From the NCBI GenBank assembly GCA_013265495.1, contig MU061578.1, positions 1,559,308 to 1,623,307 of the forward strand: 64,000 nt of DNA. Reading direction: 5' to 3'. Shown in pieces: positions 23,652-37,029 of the stretch. The notes under the pieces were generated by a model. It saw only the letters and a program-made list of their open reading frames with translations. It was not told the origin of the DNA and ran no database searches. The stretch comes from Vicugna vicugna (taxonomy: Eukaryota). Each line of letters begins with the position of its first letter. Position 1 is the first letter of the stretch. A program made the position numbers and the translations under genes.

Positions 23652-26334
23652 ACCATTTTATTGCCATTTGTTTTCTTCCCTCTTGGTGTAATACGGTTTG
23701 AAGCACTGCCTGAATTCTCCAGGTCATTGCTATTTCAGTCCATTATGTGGACCCCTAGTGGAAACAGAAGACGCACTTTCTAAAAGGGCAGGACTCCTGG
23801 TAATTAATGCTGATAGATGGTCTATTTCAGTAGCCACTAAACCCCCCCTGTAAGGATCCCAACACTACAAGGACTAAACAAAACCACTTCGTTGAATATT
23901 TAATTTCCTCCTAGGAATCAGATATTCCAGAAAGACATCCAATGGTCAAAGCAAGATGTATGCCAATTAGAGAAGGCACAGCACAGATGAAGATCACCGG
24001 AGCCAGTGCATGACCGTTTGAGGGGAAAAAAATGACCATTGTGATGCCACCCATTGGGTACACAGAGAAGAACTTCCACTTTCCGAGAAATGGCTCAGCT
24101 CTGAGACACTGACAGAGCTTTGCTGATGGCTAGCGGGTGCCACGGCTCTCCTGGAAACCTGGTATTTGTCGCAGTCACTTGGACTGCAGCCATCTTGTCA
24201 ACCACAGTTTCTTGGGCAAGCGATCTTTTCTGTCCCTGTGACCTTGGTTTGGCGGTTTGCTTTCTGGTAGAAAATGGATAGTAGCCCTTTCCAGAAGATT
24301 AAGTAACCAGCAATTGGTTCCAGGAAGGCAACTTTTTTATTATCTATAGCCTTAAGTAATCTGTAAAACGTTCCACCTCTGCTCAAACTAAGCCAGCACG
24401 GAGCTGGAATAGATACAAATGTCTCTTTTTTTTTTCTGTCAACTATCTAGACTTGGGAATCGATGTTATGAACAAGGCCACACTAAGTACAGAATATTTG
24501 CTATTAGAGGGATAAACATTACATAGCCAGTGTAATAAGAAAGTTATTCAATCTGCGTGTTATATAATTTCACTCATCAAAGAACATACAGTTAACCATT
24601 TTCTTGGGTTAGCTTCCAGTAGAGTGGCCCTAAGTTCAACAATATGGGACTAAGAGTTAATATGCCATAAATAATTTTTTCATTATAATAAATGTGCAAA
24701 TCCAAATATGTGGATCCTGCACTTTGATTCCCAAGAGTGAGTTTTAAAAATCACCAGGGAAATAACCATTTAAGCTTTCTCAGAAAACTGAAAGAGAGAA
24801 AAAAATGAGTGTAGGTGTTCTTTCTCATGCCATGTGATTTATCAGTAACCCATTCTGCAAAACACTCATATCAGCTCTTACAGGAGTGCAGGGGAACAGC
24901 ACCTTAAAAGAGACAGTTTAGGATAATTACATTTCTCTCTGCTGGTTCACCCTCTTTCCCAAATGCCATGTTCACTGGCAGAGCCTGTCAGTTGGTTTTT
25001 ACACACAAGAAGAGAATTAAGAATACCCCCTCCAAAGTTTTGTTACTTTCTATTGTGTGTTGGCAGGCCTATACAACTTCTAGGACATAGACATTGTGTT
25101 GGGAGAGAGTAATAGAAATTTAAATATCAATTATCCAGTCCTGTCCTGGGAATGAGGTGAGAAAGTAAGTGCCGACTATTTCAAATCGTGACGGCTGATC
25201 TCTTTAAACACGGAAACGCTGTCATGTTGACCATGCTGGGTGAAATCCCCATAAAATGCATTTATTTCACTACCTCCACTTACTAAAATGTGGCTGGTTG
25301 ATCCTGGCCTTGGAACTCGGGACAGCGCCACCTCCAAGATGCTGATGACCTCAGGCCGCCGCGCTCTCCTGCTAAACAGCCCCAGCTGGCTGTGAAGACG
25401 TGTGGGCTATTTCAGTGTTCTGCTAGCGTCTGCCTGCATGGTCAGCTGCCTTCATAGTACCTCCTGCTGTCACTTCATTTAATTTGGTTCTAGAATCACA
25501 ACCCGTTATCCGGGGAGTGCTTTCAGCCTTTTAAAGTTAAATGTATGTGCATTCTGGTTTTTTGTTTGCATGTTTATTTTATGACTTCCAGATGTGTGAG
25601 TTTCAGATGATCAAATATAACACAAATCTATCTGATTTCCGGTATATTAGTTATAGGATTAATAACTTTTAAATAGTTGGGATTTGTTTTTATTGTTGTT
25701 GTTGTTCAGACGCATCAAATATTGACCTAAATGTATGGGCTTGATTCGCCGAGCGTGGTGAAACTTTATGTTGGGCACGTTATCTAAATAAATGAAAGGA
25801 AAATCAGCAAATCTCCTTTCGGTGCCATAATTACCCACAAACAATTCTGAGCTGACGAAAAGATGAGACTACTCAGATTTACTTAAATTGCAAGGGGAGC
25901 AACTCACGCTCTGAGCCACCTGCCTTCCTAGATTCACGTCCTGTGACGTCCCTCCCCAGACCCTAGGCTCCACTGGGATTGATCCGTCCACAAATATTTT
26001 TCTTTTCTGTTCCAAAAGCTGGGCTCACTGTGTTCCCTCGACCTGAACCACCCTCGCGCTGCCTACCCAATTACGTGCTTACCAAAGCTCATCTCACTCC
26101 GCCGCTCACATAGAACGGACTGCTCGCTCTCCCTCTTCCGGGCACCATGCCCTTTGTCTGGCTGCCCTATTGTAGAGTTGGTTCCATTTGGGTGTGTATT
26201 CCCAGTGCATTTTATATGTGCCTGAGAAGCATGAGGTTCTCAGCTTCTTGAAGGCGACAACCAGGACTAAGCGTTTTCTTAGGCATAAAAGTTTATATAA
26301 ATAATATACTATACATAAATGTGTAAATATACAT

Positions 26335-26375
26335 ATGTATGTACGTATGTGTGCGTGTGTGTGTGTGTGTGTGTA
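26335..26375 (+). repeat. (TG)n / alternating purine-pyrimidine tract
   Basis: Seen directly. Confidence 0.9.
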
Positions 26376-26379
26376 CTTT

Positions 26380-26555
26380 AAAACTTAATGTAATCCCATG
26401 AAGCAAACACAATGATTATCCCCATTTTAGAAGAAATAAACTCAGAGAGGTTAGGTTTCTTGCCCAAGGTCACACAGCTGACAAATGTTGGCTCCAGCAT
26501 TTGAACCTGACTTGTTCTGCCCAAGAGCTGGTGCTCTTAACTGCTCAGCCAATCT
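26380..26555 (-). mobile_element. MIR SINE
   Basis: attatccccattttag...ctcagagaggttagg...ttgcccaaggtcacacagct...atttgaacc. Confidence 0.8.
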
Positions 26556-27779
26556 GCTTTCCTCTTGTACTCATCATCATTTTCTTAAAACAGTAACATT
26601 GTCCACAGGAAAAAAATTGTTTTCAGTGGAGGAATAAATGAACACACAACAGAAGGCAGTTCTGCCATTTATTAGCTTTCCTAACCATTTTGAGCCTCCA
26701 TCAATTACTCAGCGTAGCCAGCAAAACAGAATGAATATTATTTGTATAGATATATGCAGTTGGCATTTATGAGGAATGAACATAAAGGGTTTGATACAGA
26801 GCCTGGATTTTAAAGCCGCTAATACACATGGCCAATTACAGTCACTGGCTTGAAACCAAGTCATTGGTTTCATAGTCTTCCAGACTAAAGCGTCTGTGAA
26901 TTTACACACACAAGAGCACTTCCCGCCTACCTTTGGAAGAAGAATATTTCGTGGTCCATAGCCACAGGCAGCAGCTTGGAACATTTAACCTGCCCTAACA
27001 CCCCCACATCAACATTGGGGTGCTCCCAAGGTTCATCTGTAAGATGGGTACAGCCCTTGCAAGTTTCTCCCAAGGGCTGGAAAAAAAAAAAAGAGGTGCA
27101 TCCTGGAAGAGAAACCAGCCACCCCCAGGAAAATTTATGTTCAAATTTCTCTCTCTCTCTAACCTCTGCCCAGACCCCAAACACCACGAAGCTCTCAACC
27201 TATTTAGGAGGCTTACAATTTCCCATCAGCTTCCTGTCTGAGCGCTCAAACAGTCCCTTCCCCTTGCATAAGGTTAACAGGTTTTAAGAGATATGGTCAG
27301 CTCTGGTAATAGCGAATATAATGGAAAGGAAGAGGCACCACCGATAAAGTCAGGCTAAGCAACTCGCTGGGGTCACAGGCCCCGTGGGCTGCTTACGCTT
27401 TGTCAGTGAATTCCAGGCTGGGTGCGCCCCGTGGGCACTTTGCTCGAGAGGCGCTCTCCCGGGTGTCACACAGGCACAGCGCCATCAGAGGAACCCCTCA
27501 AGCAAAGCACCCAGGCCAGCGGACCTTCTCACTTTGAAAAGCTCATTTTCGTTCCGCTGAAATCCACCAGTATCGTCAAGAGATGCGTGTTTCTGGCTCC
27601 CCCCACCCCTGAGACAGACTTTCCGCACATGGATAGCAGACACAGATAGGTCGGCAAGGGAACGGTGTAACACCGTTCTCTTAAGCACAGGAGTATCATC
27701 TCAGCAAGGTAATTCATCAGAACAGACATGTGATCATCATACTGTCTGTGAAGTCCTTTTATTTCTCCAGATTTCAGGC

Positions 27780-28635
27780 CTTTTCCCCCAGTGTTATTGA
27801 GATATAATAAACATGTATAACACTGTATGTTTAAGAGTGTACAATATAACGATTACGTATATATATACACACGTGTATATATACGCATACGATTTCGTAC
27901 ATATATACGTAGTGAACGGATTGCCACCATAGGTTTAGTTAACATGTATCACCTCACAAAGTTACAAACTTTTTTTCCTCATAAAGAAAACTTTAAAGAT
28001 CTACGCCCTTAGCAATGTTCAAATATGTAATACAGAATTGCTCACTGTATTCATCCTGCTGTACATGATATCCCTAGTGCTTACCCATAACTGGAAGCTG
28101 GTGCCCTTTGACCACCTTTGCCCGATTCCCCCTCCACCAACCCCTTGCCTCTGGCAACTACATCTCTCTTCTCTGTTTCAATGAGTTCGGTCCTTAAGAT
28201 GCTGCCTATAAGCAGAGTTATACAGTATTTGTCTTTCTTTTTTTTTTTAACTGAAGTACCGTCAGTTACAACGTGTCAACTTCTGGTGTACGGCACAATC
28301 TCCCAGTCATGCATATACATACATACATTCATTTTCATACTCTTTTTCATTAAAGATTATTACAAGATATTGAACATAGTTCCTTGTGCTATCTAGCAGA
28401 AAAAAATTTTTTACATCCATTTTTATATATAGTGGCTAACATTTGTAAATCTCACAGTCCCAAACGTATCCCTTCCCACCCCCTTTCCCCAGTAACCATA
28501 AGACTGTTTTACTGTGTCTGCGAGTCTGTTTCTGTTTTGTAGACGAGTTCAAAGTGTCCTTTATGTTGTCTGACTTATCTCACTTAGTGTAATGCCCTCA
28601 AGATCCATCCCTGTTGTTGCAAATGGCAGAATTTA
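27780..28635 (-). mobile_element. Old L1 3' end with a younger camelid-type L1 3' fragment nested at about 28233-28560
   Basis: Reverse L1 3'UTR motifs. gtatttgtcttt...tctgacttatctcacttag is split by a T-tract-led insert. Confidence 0.8.
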
Positions 28636-28689
28636 AAATAGAAATAAAAGGGTCACTGGTACCATTGAGGATGAAACTCAACTCCGCAC

Positions 28690-29150
28690 ACAGCCCTCCT
28701 GGAGCGATTCCCTAACAGCTACCCCTCCGAAGGCTGCTCACTTCCCTCTAGAGGTGCCGCCCTGCCGACAGCTTCTCAGATGCTGTGTCCCACGCCCACC
28801 TTGGGGTGTTGGCCTGAACTTGGTGCACCCTCCCCTGCAAAGCTCCTGCTCGGGACAGCCATGTGGCTGGCTCCTTCATCCCACCTGGTGTCCGTTCAAA
28901 CACCAGCTCATCGGTGAGCTCTGCCCCTGACACCCAGGGATGTTTTGTTTGACTCTCTCTGTTTTGTTTTACTTAGTGCACTTACCACAACTGGCACTGA
29001 AAAGGTTGATTGTCTTCTTTATTTTTCTGCCTTCACGCCCACTAGACTCTTAGATCCATGAAGGAACGGTCTTTCACTTTTGTTTTTTCCATGCTCGAGC
29101 CTCACTGAGGCTCACAGCACTGGACACCTAGTATCTATTCAGCAACACCT
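28690..29150 (+). mobile_element. L2 LINE fragment
   Basis: catgtggctggctccttc...ccactagactcttagatccatgaagg...cacagcactggacacctagta. Confidence 0.6.
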
Positions 29151-30034
29151 GGAGAAACTTAAAGAATGTGGTGTCGGAGTTGGAGCCTGTGTTTCACCCA
29201 CCCCGGTACACAGCGTGCCCTTTCACTGGGATATTTCCCACATTAAAACAAAACAAAACTATATTTCATGACAGACAGGCTTAAAAAGAAACAAAAATTA
29301 TTTCTACTTCACCTTCTTAGAAGGTTCTACCTTCCTTTCTCTTAAATAGTCATTCAACTTGTGTTTTCTTCTCTCCCCACCTCTGTCTCTCTCTTTTTCA
29401 TGCACACACCTACTTTGGTTTTATTCTATTTGTCTCTTTACTTTTCCTTATCTTCCCATTTGCCTCCCCCCTTAACCTCTAATTCTTTCTCAGATCCACA
29501 ATTTCCAAAATCTATTTCAATTACTGTGGCTTTGCCCTCAAAATTTCTATCTGCCTTTTCGTGTTACTACTTCTTTCTCTCTCCTTGTGCACAGAAACCC
29601 CCTTCCCCAATCCCCCCTCTTCTACTTTTATCCATATTAAATATTTTCTCTTACTTATTTCCAGCCAGGTCAACAAACAACTAGCGAAGTCCAAGTGCAG
29701 CCCCCTCCTCCCCACCAAACCCATGTGTATTCAACAAGGGACATGAAAACATTCTCTTACTGGATTGAATGTACACACATAAAGGGTCATATATCATAGC
29801 TGTTTGGCCAAATGTCTCTGGGGGATTACACTGCCCCTGGTTGAGGACCACTGCCCTTGAAGACAGCCAACTTTCTCTAACTGTCATTAATAGATCAAGA
29901 AATGCAGGTAACCTATGATTTGGACATCCTTCTCATAATATTTTCATCATAAATCCCACCCCACCAATTTTAAGAATTTGCACTCGACTACAAATACACA
30001 GATAATCTGACAGAGATGCCCTTGGTATCACGAG

Positions 30035-30240
30035 TCAGCTGGCTAGCTCTGGGCTCCAATTAAGTTTCTGACGCCTACTAGCTATGTGATTTAAACAATA
30101 AGCCTCAGCTTTCCTATCTGTGAAGTGGGGCTGTTTCTAGTGCTTCCCTCCTCATAGAACTGTTATGAGTTTCAAATAGGATGATGTGAGAAAGACATCT
30201 AGCACGTTGCCCTGCATATAGTAACGCTATGATTATCATC
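30035..30240 (+). mobile_element. MIR SINE
   Basis: aagcctcagctttcctatctgtgaagtgggg...ctcatagaactgttatgag. Confidence 0.7.
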
Positions 30241-31719
30241 AAGACAGATCATATCATTACCACCATCAACTTCATCTTCTGAGTACAGCTACCTTTAAAA
30301 AAAACCTAAACAATCCACTCCAGGAACTGATGGGTGGATTAAGAAAATAATACCCTCTTTTTCCTTCTTGCAACACAATTTCCTCTCCTGCTCCTCTTTT
30401 TCCCTTCTTAGGTTTGTGCAGAAGAGAAAGAAGAGGAAAGAAAAAGTGGCAGGAGGGCAAGGATGAAGAAGCATCCGCCATCTCTCTCTGTCATGGGCAG
30501 GGGAATCAAAACTGAATAATACATTCAATGAGTTACTTAATTAACTGGGTGAAGGTGAGGCTGGAACAGCTGAGTTAAATAATGAGGCGTCAAGCACAGA
30601 AGCTTAGACCAAGGAGGGATTTGAAAACCCTCTTCCTGTCACAAGAAACCACGGGATTTTTCAGGCAGATGACAGTAAGGGGTTTAATCTTTCCATTTTT
30701 GTCCTTCTGAAAGCAATGGTCTTAAAAAAAAAAAAAACCTCCCAAAATAAGGCCAAATGTAAAATTAGCATTTATGGAGCAGAGGTCATTAAAATGAGTT
30801 AGCCCAGGCCCTTTATAACATTAAGCCAGAACTAAAATGAGAAGAATGAAAAATAAAATAAAATAAATGAAAGGTCTAGTTAAAAGGATCTTAAATGGAG
30901 AGGCTGTTGCTAATAGCAAGGCTATCTCAGAAGGACTAATTAAGCTGGAAATAAATGTGGTTCAGATGAGAAGGCTTTTGTGCGAACCACCCAAATGTCA
31001 GACAGCTGACCACAAGAGTCACCTGCTGTTAATTAAAATCAAGTTGTCATCCCTGGTTAAGGGGCTGTAAGCATCTCTCTCAGCACTCTTTCTAAGAACA
31101 TTGCAGCCCAGCACCCGCCCTCCCCACCCTCATTCACCCTGCCAATTAATGTTGATTTTCGTCTACATGTTTTAGGGTCCAAAGATGAAAGCATAACCTT
31201 TTTTTTTTTCAGACCCAAGACAGCTGATCCCAACGTAAGCACTGGTGCCATTCATGAGCACCTTAAAAATACAATGTACATCAAAGCTGACTTTGAAAAG
31301 TTGTAGCTGCTGGTTCTCTCAGAGCAAAGAGTCAGATGAGGAACACTGTGTTCCTTTCCATGCATCTTGGCGTTACATCTGGGTAGACTTGTACTTTTTG
31401 CATGTTCGTGTTCTTTCTGAAGACAATGCTAACAATCCTGCTACAATCAGGCTACCTCTTCCCTGGGCTTGTAATTACCAAATACAGGGATATTCAGAGC
31501 ACGCTTAGAATTTTTGCTGCATCTGCACATCACCTGTCCTATTTATCCAATGCAAATTACACACACACACCTACGTATCCTTATATACATACATACACAC
31601 ATGCACGTTATACACATGTGTACACATACATACATGTACACGTATATACACAAACATATTCACTTGTCAATTTGCTATTCATGTAATCGTAGGTTTGTTA
31701 TGTGAATTATTATTCGAAT

Positions 31720-32110
31720 GCACACACTAATCATACTTAAACTTTGGCAGGTGACAGAAGTTCACGTTATATGGGTGTACTCATTTGTCAAACCTCATCA
31801 AATGGTACACTTAAGATCTGTGGATCTCAGTACAAATAAATAAACCTCAAACGAAGCATGGGTAAATGGTGACCTCTTGTTAAAGATCTGCATCCTGACG
31901 TGTTCAAGGTGAAGAGTACTGAGGCTTGCAACACTTTGAAGTGCACAGAAACCAAACTAGGGTGGACAGATGGATGCAGGGGTGGATGGACAGATACGGG
32001 ATTAAACAAATTGGATAAAATCTCAGTAGTAGTACCTTGGTGGTGGCTGTATGGGTGTTTATGACTCTTCCTTCTTTTCTAGATTTGAAAAATAACACAA
32101 TAAGACATCA
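31720..32110 (+). mobile_element. Ancient L1 (L1MC/ME-like) 3'UTR fragments
   Basis: catttgtcaaacctcatcaaatggtacacttaagatctgtg motif. Confidence 0.55.
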
Positions 32111-33199
32111 AAAATATGAATACCTAAAATCACAACACAAGGCTTCTTCAAACTCCACGAAAAATTAAATCACATGCCATTACTGGAACACACCCCAGTC
32201 TTAGGAGAACCCCAGTAGTTTGCCATCCAGGAACCCTTCCTGGAAACATGCCAAATTCTGAAAAAAGACGCAAAATAAACTTTGGCTAACACTAAGTATA
32301 CATTCTGAAGGGGCCATCCTCCAGGCAGAATGGTGAGCTGAGCCGGACACAGGCTGTAAGAAGCAGAATGTTAACACTCAACCGGCATCCTGGAAACAGC
32401 ACCTCATCTACCAGGATGCGGGGGACCTTTGTCTCAGGACCAAATACGGGAGCCTGGTCAGCCTCCTACACCGTTATGTTCAGACAGTGACCTACAGGTG
32501 CCTCTATGGACACTTGGAGACGCTGCACACTGCAGCAACAATTATGTTTTTGCTGCTGTTGCCAGGTTTGGTGATATTTAGCGTGGACCTTGTGCAGGAA
32601 AAGGCTGAGGATGACTACTTCAGGGAGTGATTGTTTTAAGGAATGAGAGAATGTCTAAATATTTCCTGAAAGCTCTCCTTTTACACTAGGACACATCCTA
32701 CTTGATTCAAACACTACCCCTGCCTGCCCTGCAGGGACCCGCCTGTCCATTCACAGTTTATCTCCATCATCATCTCCCACCAACTCCCCACCCCCCCTCC
32801 AGCCTCACTGAACGGCTGCCCCTCTCCACCACCACGCCTTCCTTTCAGAAGGTGCTGCTCGTTTGTCTGAAAACTGACTTTACCCATCACATGTCATGAC
32901 GCCATGGATTCCTGAGGCTCAGTCTAGAGGTTAACAATTCTTATCTTCTTATTCCTTCATGCATTCCCCCTGACCCACAAACCCGGGGCTTAAACTCGCC
33001 TCCACTGTGCTGTGAGTGTTTGGAGAAGCATGTCTCCCACTTTCTCTCTCACCCAACCTACTCCATGGGGGCTGGAAGGACTCTTCTAATGGGTGAGCTC
33101 CTTTCTCTCTCCCTTTCTCTCACTCTCGCTCTCCCTCTCGCTCTCCTCCTGCTCTCTACCTCCAAACAAAGCCTGTTTTGATTTTGAACCTCTGTTTCC

Positions 33200-33313
33200 T
33201 AAGCTCACCTAGGACAGGTAAGCGCACCTCGCCCAGGTAAGCGCACCTAGGACAGGTAAGCGCACCTCGGACAGGCAAGAACACCTAGGAGAGGTAAGCT
33301 CACCTAGGACAGG
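33200..33313 (+). repeat. 19-bp minisatellite, 6 copies (consensus taagcgcacctaggacagg)
   Basis: Units start at 33200, 33219, 33238, 33257, 33276 and 33295. Confidence 0.95.
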
Positions 33314-33479
33314 GGCCAGAGCCCCACCTTCTAGAGGCTAGCTTCAGGCTCCCTCTCTTTGCGTCTCACTCCCCTGTGGGGAGAGGTGAATCTGTGCCCT
33401 CCAGCTACTCCCAAGGTCTAGATGCAGGGATAAAGGGGCTGGGGTGACAGCCAATTTCAGCTTCTGGAGAAGCAACAGG

Positions 33480-33730
33480 GCATCATGTTTAGGGTCAATG
33501 AACTCTGGAGCCAGACCATCTGGATCAGAATCCTGGTTCTTTCACACGCCAGCTGGGCAGCCCTGGGCAAAATAGCCCAGCTTTCTGTCCCTCAGTTTCT
33601 TCATCTTTAAAATGGGGGTAAGGAGGAGAACACTATTTTGTTTTTAGGCCGTTCGGACAATGAAGTGGGTTTCTGTTTGTCAAATCCTTCAGATTGCACC
33701 CGGCACACCATAACTATTAAATAAGTGTCT
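33480..33730 (+). mobile_element. MIR SINE
   Basis: gaactctggagccagac...cctcagtttcttcatctttaaaatgggg. Confidence 0.8.
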
Positions 33731-34095
33731 GCCAAGCAAATATAAAAGCAGCACTGTCCCCTGGGTAATAAACAGAATTCTGTCCTTTAATTCCCACTGG
33801 GTTTGTGGATCTATTTTTGACCCAGGTGAGACTCCTTAGGGAAGGAGGAAGGATGATGAATCAGGTCCCTCCAACCTCAGCACCAACTCCTGAGCACTCT
33901 CTGTTCCTGGGGACCTTCCCTCCTACTGGGAGGAGCCATCTAGGCGTCTAGTGCAAGGCTCCTGGGTGACACTGAAGGACATCCAGACGACGTTTGCTGG
34001 ACAGGACACAAAATGCAATCTGATGGGGGCACAAATGGTCAATCTGATCTACATCAGAAGATCAGGAGTACCCAACCACATGCAATGTGAAAATT

Positions 34096-34153
34096 AAAAA
34101 AAAAAAAAAAAAAAAAGAAGCAAAAAAAAAAAAAAAAAAAAAAAAAAAGAAGC
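34096..34153 (+). repeat. A21-GAAGC-A27-GAAGC poly(A) doublet
   Basis: Counted directly. Confidence 0.9.
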
Positions 34154-34199
34154 CAGCACAGAATTTTAGAGCTTGATGAAATGTTGGTATGAAACTAAG

Positions 34200-34640
34200 A
34201 GATGCACACTGGTGCGACTTCAGAGGCAGGCAACACTCTAATCAGCAACTAAACGGTGTGAAGCTGTTTCTTTATTCCTGTAATTTGATTGCACATAAAT
34301 CAATTTTGATTAGATTCAAAAATTACTGAACAGGCACCTCAGTGAGCTGTCAAGCTTTATCTGATAACGTAAACTTTACATGGGATCAGTGCTAATTCTA
34401 CCTGGAGCCGATGGAAGAACCCCCCAACAATGGCAGACATCATTAAATGCTGCAAATGTAGAGACATAATTAAATTAGCTGATAATCATCATTCTCCTTC
34501 TATAGAGGCTCTAATTTAATGCACTTGCAAATGTAATGAGGCTCGCTGGATTGAAAAATATGGTGGAAATAACAGAAACAAGATTACATTAATTGGAAGA
34601 GATACTGATAAGGCAGATTGCTCTGCATTTTTTTTTTCTA
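34200..34640. promoter_or_regulatory. Putative conserved non-coding enhancer-like block
   Basis: Repeat-free and dense in homeodomain-type TAAT/ATTA motifs (ataattaaattag, ctaatttaatg, cattaattgg). Confidence 0.35.
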
Positions 34641-36079
34641 AACCACCCAGTTCTGCAAACCATGACAAGGCTGGCTTCCACTTTAGTTGGAGTGAACTTA
34701 GGGAGCATCAGATTAAGACTGTAAAAAGCGAAAGAATGCTTTATTTAAGTTCTAACAAAATGAGTTGATTCCATCAGAAATACCTAAAAAAAGCAGAGGA
34801 GCCTGGATTTTGTGTCCCTTTTTATAACTGGCAATTTGGCTCCAGGAAGATTCCTAATGGGCGAGTCTATACCTGCCACGTGCTCATTCATTCCTTCAAA
34901 TTGTTACTGTTGTTGGCAAGCGTCTACTCTGTCTCAAACTCTGCGGCTACAGGGGTGAGGGAAAAAAGCTCTGTTTTGGGGAATCTTCCTTATTTAATTT
35001 GTCTTGTTTTTCTCTACTTCTCACTTTAGCCCTTAACCCAACTGCAGTTAAATAACTGATTGTGAAATTGTTTTGAGAATGTGCCTCTCTCTCGCCACCC
35101 ATTGGGAGTTAATTTCTTAGAAGACAAGGCTGGTCCCTGGGGGGCTTTCATGGTGGTTTACCTGGTGCATGTTTCCTAGGTGTTTACTGAATAAACAACA
35201 GAATTCATTTCAAACGAGCCTCCTGGGCTTGACATTAAAATTACAGGAAGGGGATCTGGCAATTCTTTTCCCGTCATGGTTTTACAATCACTTCTAGAAG
35301 TTTTCAGTGACCTCAAAGAAAATGTCACAAAACTCTCCCACCCTCAAAAATAAAAAAAAAAATCCTATTCACTTTCATTTAAAACACATCTTCCCTGTGA
35401 CTCCTTTGGAAATAAGAGATGGTCTTGCAACAAGCATACAAAGTAAAGATGTCATAACTCTTAAGGGACAGAACATCACTGTGAACAAAACAGGAGTAAG
35501 TGGAAGGCAAGATGCTCCGTTCTGTGGACGGCATTGTAAGAGCTTCAGAAGGTCCATGGTTAACTCACCATCATCATGCACTTCTGAGCCCCCTGGGACA
35601 CAATCAAGGCTACAGCCCTGATCTTACCGCAACCGGAAAAACAGCCAGGAATTTAAAATAGGCCAGGGACAGGCTTTTTCCTTTCCTTTAAGAGCTCTGA
35701 AGACGAACTCCAACCCCCCCCCACCCCGCAGCTTTGTAAAGGAAGGGATCAGACGTCTCACTGACCCCAGGTGTCCTCCCCTGCCTTCCTCTGTAGGACA
35801 GTGAGTCACCACGCTGGCCATAGTTGTGACTTACCTCCTCCCTCCCACGCAGGTTGTGTTACTTCGCATACTTGTGTATCCCCCCCCACCCATATCTTCC
35901 TTCTCCGTGGCATGGCATTGGGAGATGGGCCACAGAACAGAATCTGCATGTAGCAATAATATGCAGCACAGACTTGTTATTAGTTGCATAAACTGACGAG
36001 CAGGTACCTTCCCCATCGCTGGGTTTCACAGTCTCTCGTGGGAGTGGTCTCTGCTCCCCACCCTCACCACGGCAGCCTA

Positions 36080-36330
36080 GCCAACAGTGCTTCCAACATT
36101 CAAGTTAGCTCTGTTTCCTTCATGAAGCACCCCTTCTCCCCTGTAATCCTCTTTATCAACTTAATTTGTTTGCATGTATATTTTGATCTCTTCCCACTGA
36201 AACGTAAGCTGCTGGGGAGGGGAGGGTACAGGGAGGGGAGAACCTTTGCCATTTCACCAGCCAGTTCCCAGATCTCATAACACTGCCTGGGACCTAGGAG
36301 GTGCTTAATATACGCGTATAAGCGGCAGAC
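36080..36330 (+). mobile_element. L2 3' fragment
   Basis: cccactgaaacgtaagct...cactgcctgggacctaggaggtgcttaata. Confidence 0.6.
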
Positions 36331-37029
36331 GAACCAAGGTCATTAAACAACGCATTTGGTCAAAGAAGCTTTGTAAAGATGGATCATGGCCATAAATAGC
36401 TGTTTCTTTCAACGTGGAAGGGTGTGAAAGAGTCCAGAGAAAGAGCTTCCTAAGAGAACAAGGGCATTAACTAGCACCTTCTAAGAACCCACTGTGTTGC
36501 CCAAACCTGTCAGAAAAAGATCGTGGACAAAAACCACCAAAACTGAATTCCACGTTTGCTCTATGCCTGGAGTTGTGTGATAATTTTTAAGCACATTAGT
36601 GACACTGATTATCATGATTTTAATAAAAAGGCAAAAATCCAAGCACAATAGGGAAACTGGGGGGCAGGGGGACACGCCCACCTACTTATTCACTCATTCA
36701 TCCTTTTGTACAATTTCTCATTCACATGTTCATTGACTTTTCCTTCCTTTAATCCAAGAAACTCCTACAATGCCTACAACTCAGTAAAAGATTCACATAT
36801 TCCATAAATATTCCCTTTCCCCACAGACACCCACCCAAACCAATATATCACTCCTGGAGCTTTTAGTGGCCCGAAACACGCAGCAAGCACCTTTGCCCAA
36901 CATAAACTTGGCAACAAAGAGGGAGCACTTTTTGTGGCAACTTCTTCCCAGTTCGCTTTCCTCCAGCTCTTCAGTTATTTATTTTTTAAAATCAATTCAT
37001 TCACATTAAGTGAGTGTACGTCTTCTTCA

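Noticed and set aside
27855..27912. AT-rich near-palindrome
   Set aside because: Self-complementarity follows trivially from (TA)n/(CA)n simple sequence inside an L1 tail.
33200..33313. CRISPR-like reading of the short direct repeats
   Set aside because: Units are head-to-tail with no spacers: an ordinary minisatellite structure.
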